Program-made: the position numbers and the translations under genes
In this document: positions 13,263 to 24,135 of the stretch, in pieces
How positions within the stretch are numbered: the first letter of the stretch is position 1
Layout of the letters: every line of letters starts with the position of its first letter
DNA from: Malacoraja senta
Lineage: Eukaryota
DNA: 64,000 nucleotides
Assembly: GCA_038087875.1 (NCBI GenBank)
Contig: CM075988.1
Location: 18,416,001 to 18,480,000, forward strand
Direction of reading: 5' to 3'
Notes under the pieces: model-generated
Databases searched by the model: none
What the model was told of the DNA's origin: nothing
The model's input: the letters and a program-made list of their open reading frames with translations, nothing else

Positions 13263-13501
13263 TAACGCGATGTCATTAAACTAGTAAAGCTGCTGCAGGA
13301 CTTCACACTACCCACTGCCTCAGTTGCACTAAGGCCTTCAGCTTCTATTTTTTTTCACACTACATTTTTATTTATTTATTTAACTTTTGTTATGTTAACT
13401 TTTATTATATTATCTATTGGGCACTGTGATTGCAAACCTATTGTGAGTGAGAATCTCATTCTTCCGTTTCAGGACTTGGGACAATTGAACGCTCTTGACT
13501 C

Positions 13502-13637
13502 CTCTGAAGAAGGGTTCCGACCCAAAACGACCCGACCTGCTTTTTTTCTCCAGAGATGCTGCCTGACCCGTTGAGTTACTGTGTCATTTTGTGTCTATCT
13601 TCGGTGTCAACCAGCATCCGCGGTCCCTTGCTACACA
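13502..13637 (+). mobile_element. Penelope-derived short element with degenerate hammerhead core
   Basis: CTGAAGAAGGGTTCCGACCCAAAACG; 10-bp TSD CTCTTGACTC at 13492-13501 and 13638-13647. Confidence 0.75.
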
Positions 13638-14204
13638 CTCTTGACTCTTCCCCCTGTTGTCCCCATCCTCATCCATCCCATGAAATAATGGTAGTTATTA
13701 TATAACGAGGAGTCAAGAGCGTTCAATTGTCCCAAGTCCTGAAACGGAAGAATGAGATTCTCACTCACAAACAGAGACAGCAGCAGCACCGCGGCCTGGC
13801 GCCAACCCGGAGCATGCGCCCTTTTTAGGGCGGGCACCTACGGATGTCGAACCGGATGGCATCACCCCTGCTGTCGAATTGAGAGTAGGTGGAGATAAAC
13901 TGTGAGCCGTGTATCTATAGACAAGCAACGTCTACAGTCTATCCCGAAGATAGACACAACTTGCTGGAGTAACTCAGCAGGACAGGCAGCATCTCTGGAG
14001 AGGAAGGAATGGGTGATGTTTCTGGTCGAGGCCCATCTTCCATCTTATCTACCGACTGCACTAGCTGTCAACACCGCGATTCACAATGCCCAGAATGTGC
14101 AGTGCATTATAAGGCCTCACAACTCATAAAGTTTACTACAAAAGAAAGTGTCCTTGGTAAACAACGATAATGAGGCAGCAAAGAGATCTTTGGTTACTAA
14201 CTTT

Positions 14205-14350
14205 AAAAAAACTTGCATTTCTATTGAGGCTTGTCCAAGAGTGTTTTGCAGCCAATAAAATACCTTTGAAGTGTTGCTGTCATGAAGAATATCAAGCAAT
14301 TTGGACGCAGCAAGCGTCCATACACATCCGTTTGGCAAGGGCCAGATTTT
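14205..14350 (-). mobile_element. Ancient DeuSINE/SacSINE1-like 3' remnant
   Basis: Reverse complement GCTTGCTGCGTCCAAATTG...ACACTTCAAAGGTATTTTATTGGCTGCAAAAC...AAATGCAAGT resembles the Deu-domain SINE 3' part as I recall it. Confidence 0.45.
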
Positions 14351-14374
14351 TTTCATAAAAATCAAAAAATCATC

Positions 14375-14915
14375 TAGAAAGCTTATCAACACCTCTTCCT
14401 CACAGAAAACTGAGGAGATTCAGTACATCAACAATTTATTAAACCTCTACAAGTGTATGGTAGAGGGCATACTGTTTGGTTGCATCACAGCCTGGTTTGG
14501 CAACTCGAAAACAGCCAGGTACAATGGACACTACAGAGAGTGGTGGACACTGCCTGGTCCATCACCTACTGACCTCCCCACCATTGAAGGGATCTACAGA
14601 GAGTGGTGGACAATGCCCGGTCCATCAAGTACTGACCTCCCCACCAGTGAAGGGATCTACAGAGAGTGGTGGACACTGCCCAGTCCATCATTTACTGACC
14701 TCCCCACCATTGAAGGGATCCATAGGAGGTGCTGCCACAACAAAGCAGCCAATATCATTAACCAATATCATCAAGGGCCCACACCACCCACTCCATCTCG
14801 CTGCTACCATCGGGAAGAAGGTACAGGAGCCTGAAAACCATGAGCACCAGGTTCAAGAGCATCTTCTTCCCAACAACTATCTTTCAAGGCTCTTGAACAC
14901 TGCACGACACTAACC
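14375..14915 (+). mobile_element. Rex1/Babar-type LINE C-terminal fragment with internal 63-bp triplication
   Basis: Translates in mixed frames as NLYKCMVEGILFGCITAWFGN...DLPTIEGI...KAANII...LLPSGRRYRSLK. Confidence 0.7.
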
Positions 14916-15199
14916 TCAGCTCCTCTGGACTGGGTCTTTGGTTGTACTGAGAATTTTTCACTATCATGTATTTTTGTCTCGTATTAATGATGACTATTTT
15001 ATTGCATTATTGATTTATATTTATTTCTGTTGTTGCATTTAATATGCCTGAAAAGCTACAGCAAGGAAGAATTTTATTGTTCCACATGACAACTACATAC
15101 GACAATTTCATTGTTCTATTATCGGTACATATGACAATTGAACGCTCTTTGACTTTCTTGCAATCAATATTGACCCGAGTTGGAAGGAAATAACAGCCG

Positions 15200-15892
15200 A
15201 GCTTTAGACTTTAGAGACACCATGTGGGAACAGGCTCCTCAGTCTACCGAGACCACGCTGAACAGTGATAACCCCGTACACTATCACTATCCTACACGCT
15301 AGGAACAATTTATTATTTTACTGAAGCCAATTAAGCTACAAATCTGTAGGTTGTTGAAGTTTGGGAGGAAACCAGAGCACCCGGAGAAAACCCACGTGGT
15401 CACCTATTCCTTTTTTCCAGAGATGCTGCCTGACCCATGGAGTTACTCCAGCACATAGTGTCTATCTTTGATTACAGGGAGAACATGCAAACTCCGTACA
15501 GGCAGCACCTGTAGTCAGGATCGAACCTGGGTCTCCAGTGCTGTTAAGGGCCTGTCCCACTTACGCAATTATTTCGGCGACTTGCCGGCACCGTCATAGT
15601 CGCAGCAGGTTGCCGAAAATTTTGAACATGTTGAAAGTCTAGCGTCGACCCAGAAAAATGTACGCCTCTTTGGGCGACTGCTCATGACCATACAGGCGTC
15701 ACGTGTCGACATGGTCATGAGTAGTCGCCCAAAGAGTCGTACCTTTTTCTGGTCGCCGCGGGATTTCCAACATGCTCAAAATTTCGACGATCTTCCACGA
15801 CACTGATGGGTGCCGGAAGGTCGCCGAAAAAATCGCCTAAGTGGGACAGGCCCTTAAGGGAGCAACTCTACGACTGCGCCACCATGCCGCCA
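15200..15892 (-). mobile_element. HE1-like V-SINE interrupted by a Penelope-derived fragment and a MITE
   Basis: SINE segments resume in register on both sides of the inserts at ~15400-15470 and 15547-15854. Confidence 0.75.
15547..15854. mobile_element. PIF/Harbinger-type MITE, family B, nested in a SINE
   Basis: TIR AGGGCCTGTCCCACTTA / TAAGTGGGACAGGCCCT; flanks TTA and TAA at the SINE's CTG-TAA-GG site. Confidence 0.85.
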
Positions 15893-17082
15893 TTGAGCTT
15901 TTCCTTTGAGATCCTCGAGAGGACAGATGGAGTGTTAGTGTCACACCTCGTGTGAAAGAGGCACCGCCAACATTACAGTGCTGGACAGAACTCACCGCCT
16001 CTGTTTCCAGCACTGGAATCCGATATCAACACAGACTTTCCAACCCTGAGGAGCCATTGACACCACAAGCCCACGGGACATTGGTCTGGTTTCCTGCCAA
16101 GTAGTTTGCCTGAAGGATAACAGATTCACAATGTATTCAGAGAGGCAGCTGGTCACCAGATACGCAAAATGAAAATTAACAGCTTTTCAAATTCATGAAA
16201 TTCCGTTTGTGGTTCGAGGGCTTGTTAGCAGGGAGGCTTTCGTGCGACTATTTTGGAATTCTCATTCTCACCCCTCCCCATCACAGGTGACGTGACGGAG
16301 GAAACGGCAGGAGGCAATCTTCCCAAAATGTGATTGCTTCCCCCGCTGGTGGAATGTGTTCAGCTGCCCAGGTCCAATGTCTGGAATCAGCCATCAAAAC
16401 CTCTCTACCCCCTCTCCCAAACTCACCCGCTACCTGCAAGAGGCTACTTTTAAACCGACCCCTTCGCTCTCTCTCAGTATTCAAAGAGAGTCAGAGTCAT
16501 ACAGCATGGAAACAAGCCCTTCGCCCCAACTTGCCCACACCAAAAAAACATGCCCAGTCTGCACGTCCTAATTTGGCCCATATCCCTCCAAACCTGGCTT
16601 ATCCATGTACCTGTCTAATTGTTTCTTAAACATTGCGATAGTTCCTGCCTCAATTACTCCTCCAGCAGCACGTTCCATAGAGCCATCATGCTTGTGTGAA
16701 AAGGTTACCCTTCAGGTTCCTATTAAACCTTTCCCTTTCCACCTTAAACCTGTGTCCTCTGGTTCTCGTTTTCCCCACTCTGGGCAAGAGACTCTGACAG
16801 ATTCACCACCCTCTGGGCTAGAGAAATTGCTCCTCATCTCCATTCTAAAGGTACGTCCTTTCATTTTGAATCTGTGCCCTGGTCTAGATTCTATCAGCAT
16901 CCTCCCAGATTCCACCACTCATTCACGCACACACGAAGCCCAAATTGCAGCCACTGATTAACCTACAAATCATCTTCCCAAAATCTTCCCGATGCTGGTG
17001 GAAACTGGAGCACCCTGTGGAAACCCACACAGTCACAGGCAGAAGGTGCAAACCACAAGATCACAGAGCAGAGCAAGGATAG

Positions 17083-17415
17083 CCCACTCGGCGGAAAAAG
17101 CCGTAGTAGGTCATGGGTAATCTTCAACGCCAGTTTCCGCCATGGCTCGGGTCAGCACGGCTGGGCCGCCAGCGGTAAAGTTGCGGGGAGAGCAGGAGCA
17201 TTGAGAAGGAGGGTTCGGGGATCATGCCAGCAACTCACTCAGTAGCTCGGGTGGCTGTGAGCAGCCGCCAGGACCGGACAGCGGAACTGCAGGTAGACCC
17301 GTGACTCGCAGGCGACCTGGAACTGAAGCTAGACCCAGGGCTCGCAGGTGACCTGGGAACTGCAGCTAGATCCGGAGGGTCCTGGCCCCTATGCAAAAAA
17401 GGTTGCCGACCCTTG
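17083..17415. mobile_element. hAT/Charlie-like DNA transposon remnant, one end only
   Basis: Ends AAAAAGGTTGCCGACCCTTG (Charlie-type TIR) followed by GACTAAAC; GC-rich interior with ~36-bp tandem units at ~17284-17375; left boundary uncertain. Confidence 0.5.
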
Positions 17416-17625
17416 GACTAAACCAAACCCTTGATCCTGTCCCACCAGCCTTTGTGTTCATTGATATTTTATTCACAATATTAGGATTTCATAGAGGGAG
17501 GGAGCAACTCCGCACAGACTTTGGTTGTTATTGTCCTTATTCAGATGATAGATTTAAATAAAATTGCTGCGGGGAGTTGATGATCTCTTCTGCCGATTCT
17601 TGAGAACGGGACCTCACGGAGGCAT

Positions 17626-17715
17626 GACACAAAATGCTGGAGTAACTCTGCGGGACAGGCAGCATCTCTGCCGAGAAGGAATGGGTGACGTTTCGGGTCG
17701 AGACCCTTCTTCAGA
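17626..17715 (-). mobile_element. Penelope-derived short element with intact hammerhead-like core
   Basis: Reverse complement of 17687-17714 = CTGAAGAAGGGTCTCGACCCGAAACGTC; TSD CA(C/T)GGAGGCAT at 17615-17625 and 17716-17726. Confidence 0.8.
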
Positions 17716-18074
17716 CATGGAGGCATAGATGGGGGGAATAGCAAAGAAAATCAAAACCTGGGCCCATTAGGTCAGGTCATGTTTATCTTCCCGCGCATGT
17801 GTACCGTGAGATAAGGGTGCAATGAAAATCTTGCTTTCAGCAGCATTGCAGGCACATAGGCTCACACAGCACACAAATAAAATATAGACATAAAATTCTA
17901 AAGGAAGAAGACATATTGCCAAAAACAAGACATTAGTCCAAACACGATTAGTTAAAAAAAACAATTCTATGACAGGAACTCAGGCAGGTTGACTGTTGTA
18001 GATGGGGCATGTTGGTCGGCGTGGGCCGAAGGGCCTGTATGACTCTATGATAGTGCAAGAGATGGCCCATAGTG

Positions 18075-18420
18075 TTACATTGTAGTGGTAGCATTACGGT
18101 TGTGCAGGTCTATTGAAGAATCTGATGGTTGTTGGAAAGTAGCTGTTCCTGAATTCAGGCGTCTGTACCTCCTGCCCGACATAAGCAGTGAGAAGCTGGC
18201 ACGCCCAGGATAGTGGCATCCTCGATGATAGATGCCACCTTCTTGAGGCAGTGCCTGGTGCAGGTGCTTTCAATGGTGGGAAGGGCTGTGCCCTTGATGG
18301 ACCGGGCTGAGTCCACCACTCTCTGCAGCCTCTCATGTCCTGTGTGCTGGAATTGCCGTCCCAGGCCTTGGTGCGACCAGTCAGGATACTTTCTAAAGTA
18401 GAATCAGTCAAGTTTATTCC
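18075..18420 (-). mobile_element. Rex1/Babar-type LINE fragment
   Basis: ORF 18094-18423: TLESILTGRTKAWDGNSSTQD...FRNSYFPTTIRFFN. Confidence 0.7.
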
Positions 18421-18949
18421 CAAATCTCAGGAGTGCATAAGTACCCGGAGGTGTAGAAAGCAGGAACTGACCCTGCACATTCCCCACTCACTGAAGCTTA
18501 AATAACGAATTGAAGAAATCTCAAAATGATAACACTGGCAACATTTAAGAAAAAAATATTATTTTGCTAATATGTGAGAACGTTTGCCTTTATCATTAGA
18601 GGAGCAGACTTTGCAAATCTTGCGCACCTTTGTAGTACTTGCTTGTCTTCCCTCCCCATCGCTCTAACAGCTGCTAAAGCATCAACCAGAGAGCTGATAA
18701 ACGGCTGCAGAGATGATCTGATCAACTCCGAGCACCGTTTGTAGTTTTCAGGCGCAAGTGTTCAGCACACTCCCACTTACACATCGCCCATTTTGTCTCC
18801 ATACGAGTACATGGAACAGTACATGGTACAGCACAGGAACAGGCCCTTCAGCCCACAATGTCAGTGCTGCACAGGATGTCAAGTTAAACTATCTCGTCAG
18901 TCTGCATATGATCCATATCCCTCCACTCTCTGCATATTCATGTGCAAAT

Positions 18950-18951
18950 AA

Positions 18952-19004
<53 letters not shown>

Positions 19005-19025
19005 TATACATATATATATATATAT
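18950..19025. repeat. (TA)n(CA)n(TA)n compound microsatellite
   Basis: Directly visible. Confidence 0.95.
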
Positions 19026-19029
19026 CCCA

Positions 19030-19252
19030 TTCACAATAGTTCTATGTTATCCCACTTTTGCATCCAGCCCAGAGGCCAATTAACCGTGACGTCTTTGGCA
19101 CGTTAGAGGAAACGGGGCAACTGGAGGAAACCCACGCGGTCACAGGGAGAACATGCAAACTCCACACGGACAGCACCCAAGGTCGGGATTGAACCTTTGG
19201 TCTCTGCCGCTGTGAGGCAGCAGCTCCACCAGCTGCGCTACAGTGCCGCCCT
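19030..19252 (-). mobile_element. HE1-like V-SINE
   Basis: Conserved SINE core and tRNA-like head on the minus strand. Confidence 0.75.
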
Positions 19253-19454
19253 AAACTAAGGCTGTGCTTCTCTTCTCGGCTGGCTGTTGAAGGGACAATG
19301 CATGCTTCCCCACGAATGCAAAACAGATCGTGGTGGTAAGACACTGTGCATGGCTTGGCCGTTGACCTTCCTGCAGTGGCTGCATGTCGAAGTCATCCTT
19401 TGGGTGGAAATTGTGAAAGGGACAAGATGGGTGCCTCAGGAATACAAGTTTTTA

Positions 19455-19829
19455 GAAAATAAATTGGTGCAGGAGTAGGCCATTCGGCCTTATCGAGCCA
19501 GCACTGCCATTCATTATGATCATGGCTGATCATCCAAATTCAGTACCCCGTTCCTGCTTTCTCCCCATATTCCTTGAGCCATAAGAGCTAAATCTAACTC
19601 CCTCTTGAAAACATCCAGTGAATTGGCCTCCACTACCTTCTGTGGCAGAGCATTCCACAGATTCAAAACTCTCTGGGTGAAAAACTTTTTCCTCATCTCG
19701 GTCCTAAATGACCTACCGCTTATTCTTAAACTGTGACCCCTGGCTCTGGACTCCCCCAACATTGGGAACATTTTCCCAGCATCTAGCCTGTCCGATGCCT
19801 TAAGAATATTATATGTTTCTATAAGATCC
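19455..19829 (-). mobile_element. CR1/HER1-type LINE 3' end
   Basis: DLIETYNILKASDRLDAGKMFPMLGESRARGHSLRI...FFTQRVLNLWNALP. Confidence 0.9.
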
Positions 19830-22800
19830 ATAGTGTGATTCTCCAGCATTTTATTGTGATTCTCCAGCATCAAACCTTTTGTAAAAAAAAAGCCGTTGCG
19901 AGCGAACGAGAAGAGAGTGGTAAGCAGCAGCTGTAACATGGAGTCATCTCGCCTCCCCCACATCAACACACATCAAAGAGAGAGATACCGAGCAGTTCAA
20001 TGTTGTAAACTGCAGGGTTCTGAAGATAAGCCAGCTGAGCTGGGTGCACACTGCCGAGACCATCTGAACCCCTCAATTAGATTATTTATCTGTGGAGGAG
20101 AAAAATTAAAATCCCTGTGTTCCCATAGTAACCGGAGAGCAGTCGGCAAATGTCAGGCCACATCTTGCCCACCTCTTTTGTATCAGACAGTTAGATTCCC
20201 CCACGTAACATCACTCCTGACAAATCCCCATGCAAGGCTCCCAGCACAGCGTCAACTTCACTGCGATTAATGACTCCCGTCTCCAGGACTGATGCATAGG
20301 AGGGGGGGGGGGGAGAAATCACATCCTAAATTAGAGGAAGGTATTACCTGGAAAATCTATCTGCCAAGGTAGCAGGACTCAGACATAATCCCATCGGATG
20401 TGCACAAAAATGTTGTGGTATAAGCTTTCATATTATGTGTGTGGGGGGGGGGGGGGGGGGGGCAACAAAGAGGTCACTTCTTCTTTTCCCAGAGGCAAGT
20501 GGTCAGATTTTTAATCTTTCCGACCGCACACACCATATCCTGTGCCTCTTTTGATCTGCACCTTTCATGGATAAAAAGCATTTCGGCACAACAGTGGTTG
20601 GGCTGACAGGGCTAAATCCTCCTCAAACTCCAATCAATTCCAATTAACTGCGTGTTCTGAACTCTCAAACACACACATGTTGACCCTCGGAACTCTAAAC
20701 TCTCCTCAATCTCCTTGCATCTTCACGCATTAACACGTACTCCCGTGCCTTTTCAAGTGGAGCAGGGCGCTCTGTTAAATGGCACCCTTAAACCTGTGTG
20801 ATTAGTTACAGATTCAAAGATCTCCCCGGCAAAGTGGTTCTTATGAAGGGGAATGCCGACTAAGCTCATCTATCCTCAGGAGGTGAAGAAGGATCAGGAG
20901 ATGAAAGTGCGCAGGTTGACAATATACACTTGCATGTTCTTCGGGATAAATAATTCAGTTGCTTTCAGAAGTTGAACGTCTACAAACTCTTTGTTTTGTG
21001 ACATCCGTGCACACATGCTTTCCAGGGAATAGTTATCAAAGGGTTTTACGTGCCTTGGTGGCGGCCAGAAGTCGTTCACTGCTCAACCATTGCCACGACT
21101 CAGGAGAAGCCATTCGGCCCATCGAGGCAGTGCTAACCCTCAGAGCTGTCCCATCTCAGTACAGCCACACGTAAATCACACCACTTAAAATGCCACAGAC
21201 GGCTGTGGCGGCCAAGTCAATGAGTATTTTTACAGCAGCGATAGATAGATTCTTGATTAGTACGGGTGTCAGAGGTTATGGGGAGAAGGCAGGAGAATGG
21301 GGTTTAGAGGGAAAGATAGATTAGTCATGATTGAATGGTGGAATAGACCTGATGGGCCGAATGGTCTAAGACTGCTCCAATCACTTATGAACACCGACCA
21401 TGCCCAGTTCCTTCTTAAAGGCCGAACAGAGGCCACACATTTACCACAACAAGTGGTCTTCCACCCGAAACTTTAACTCAGTTTCTGTCTCCACGAATGC
21501 TGAATGGTCTGCTGGGTGTTTCCAGCAACTACTGGTTCATAAGTTCTAGGAGAAGAATTAGACCGTTCGGCCCATCGAGTCCTCTTCACCATTCAATCCT
21601 GGCTGATCTTGGTTGTATTTTGGATTTCCAGAATCAGTCATCCTTTTATTTCCACAAAGGAACTCCGAGTCTGCCTCTGCAGTGTTTACTAAAATAGCTA
21701 ATGCACTTTGCTTAAAGCAGAAGAGCTCGCATCTGAAGTCTTGCTGCTGGGAATTAAAAAAAGACATCAAACGCTGCAATTGAGGGATGGCAGAGTTTTA
21801 TGACAAAATATTGTTTTCTTTTAAAAGAAAGTCAAAATGAAATCAGTTGCTGCTGTACACATTTCAAGTTGCTGCTGAGCATGTACTTCGCTCCACAGGG
21901 AATCCAAAACCACGGTACATCTCCAGCAAACACTTCTGCCAGGCAGTCTTAATTTGGTTTTAACTTGTCAGCCCGCTGTACTGCACCAGCAAGCACAACA
22001 ATCATCCGTTTACTTGTGAAAATCAAAGCACACCCTGCAGACACTAAAACCAAAAAGGAAAACAGATAGCACTGTGAATGTGCCAGGCCAGGGAACAGCC
22101 ATCGAGAAAAGGGGGATAAACCCCCCCCCCCCCCCACAAAAAGTGCTGGAGGAACTCAACGGGTCTGGTGCTGTGTAAGAAAGAACTGAAGATGCTGGTT
22201 GAAACCGGAGAGAGAGACACACAAAAAGCTGGAGTAACTCAGCAGGACAGGCAGCATCTCTGGAGCGAAGGAATGTTGTGACGTTTCGGGTCGACTGTGG
22301 TGACACAACGATCACTTGGAACGCTTCCAATGTTGTCTTGGTCTCATTGTACGAACCGACCCGGACATCTTTGCCGCTGAAAATGTTGTCAAACAAAAGA
22401 ACTGCAGATGCTGGTTAGTGCACAAAAGGACACAAAGTGCTGGAGTAACTCAGCGGGTCAGGCAGCATCTCTTGAGAACATGGATAGGTGACGTTTCGGT
22501 CGAGATCTTACTTCAGAGTGATCACCTATCTATGCTCTCCTGAGATGCAGCCTGACCTGTTTTTACTTCAGCACTTTGTGATAATGTTTCCGAATGGTCC
22601 ACGGTAGCCCATCACTGTACGACTTGGAAGTTCAGAAGTCATAGGAGCAGAATTAAGCCATTCAGTCCATCAAGTCTACTCTGCCATTCAATCATGGCTG
22701 ATCTCTTTCCCTCTCAACCCCATTCTCCTGCCTTCTCGCCCATAACCTTTGCCACTCTTACCAATCAAAAACCTGTCATTCGCTGCTTTAAAAATACCCA

Positions 22801-22918
22801 ATGGCTTGGCCTTCACAGCCATAAGTGGGAATGAATTCCAGATTCACCACCCTCTGACTAATGAAATTCCTCCTCATCTCCTTTCTAAAGGTGCATCCAT
22901 TTATTCAGAGGCTGTACC

Positions 22919-23298
22919 CTATGGCCCCCTCTTCCATTATAGATGAGGCTCTCACTAGGGTCTCCTCGATATTCCGCAGCTCCGCTCTTGCTCCCCCTCT
23001 TCCCATTCGTAACAAGGACAAGAGTCCCCCTTTTCCTCACCTTCCACCCAATCAGCCGTTGCATACAACATATAGTCCTCTAACATTTCCGCCACCTCCA
23101 ACGGGATCCCACTACCGGCCACATCTTCCCATCTCCACCCCTTTCTGCAGGGACCGTTCCCTCCGCAACTCCCCGGTCAACTCGTCCCTTCCCACCCAAA
23201 CCACCCCCTCCCCAGGTAATTTACCCTGCAACCGCAGGAGATGCAACACCTGTCCCTTTACCTCCACTCCATCCAAGGACCCAAACAGTCTTTCCAGC
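22919..23298 (+). mobile_element. Penelope-like element ORF fragment (RT thumb to Cys-rich linker before the GIY-YIG domain), frameshifted
   Basis: PSSIIDEALTRVSSI...FCRDRSLRNS.VNSSLP...PCNRRRCNTCPF (CxxxxCxxC); inserted in a CR1 fragment. Confidence 0.8.
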
Positions 23299-23546
23299 TT
23301 TAAGACAATTATCAGCTTTTGCGGGACAAATGTTCTCTGACTTGCTGGGCCTGTGAGACGGTTTACGGCTAACAACCAGGTTGTGTTGGAAGGAACTGTA
23401 GATGCTTGTTTACACCGAAGATAGGCACAAAATGCTGGAGTCCACTCTACCCAGGCCTTTCACTATTTGGAAGGTTTTAACGAGTGGCATCAAACGCAAT
23501 TGTTGTTCAGTTGATGCCGGAATTGATTGTTGCCAGGGTGGTACTG

Positions 23547-24135
23547 TGGCACAGTGATAGAGTTGCTGCCTTGCAGTGCCAGAGGCCGGATACAGTCTGT
23601 TGGAGTTTGTACTTGCTCCCCAAGACCTGCCTGGGTTTTCTCCGGGGTCTCCGGTTTCCTCCCACATTCCAAAGGTGTACAGGTTTGTGGGCTAAAGGGC
23701 CTGTCCCACTGTACGAGGTAATTCAAGAGTTCTCCCGAGTTTCCCCTGATTCGAACTCGGAGAATTATGGTAATAGCCGTTCGTAGGTACTCGGGGCTCT
23801 CGTGGACATTTTTCACAGGGCTGAAAAACTTCACGAGTTACCGCGTTTCCCGAGTACCTGCCGTTAGCATTACGAGCCGCTAAGAGACGTCCCCGAGCTC
23901 CGACGTACCCGCTACGTACATTCTACGTACTTACCACGAGTTTGATTTTTTTAAAACTCGGGAGAGCTCTTGAATTACCTCACACAGTGGGACAGGCCCT
24001 TAAGTAGCTTGGTAAAAATTGTAAATTGTCCCTAGTGTGTCTCGGATAGTGTTAGTGTGTAGGGATCGCAGGTGGACGCAGACACGGTGGGCCGAAGGCC
24101 CTGCTTCCACGTTGTATCCCAAAACTAAAAACTAA
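23547..24135 (+). mobile_element. HE1-like V-SINE interrupted by a MITE
   Basis: SINE sequence resumes after 24003. Confidence 0.8.
23696..24000. mobile_element. PIF/Harbinger-type MITE, family C
   Basis: TIR AGGGCCTGTCCCACTGT..GAGGTAATTCAAGAG; perfect TAA TSD at 23693-23695 and 24001-24003. Confidence 0.9.

Noticed and set aside
17540..17610. Possible C/D-box snoRNA (TGATGA)
   Set aside because: No properly placed CTGA D box or terminal stem.
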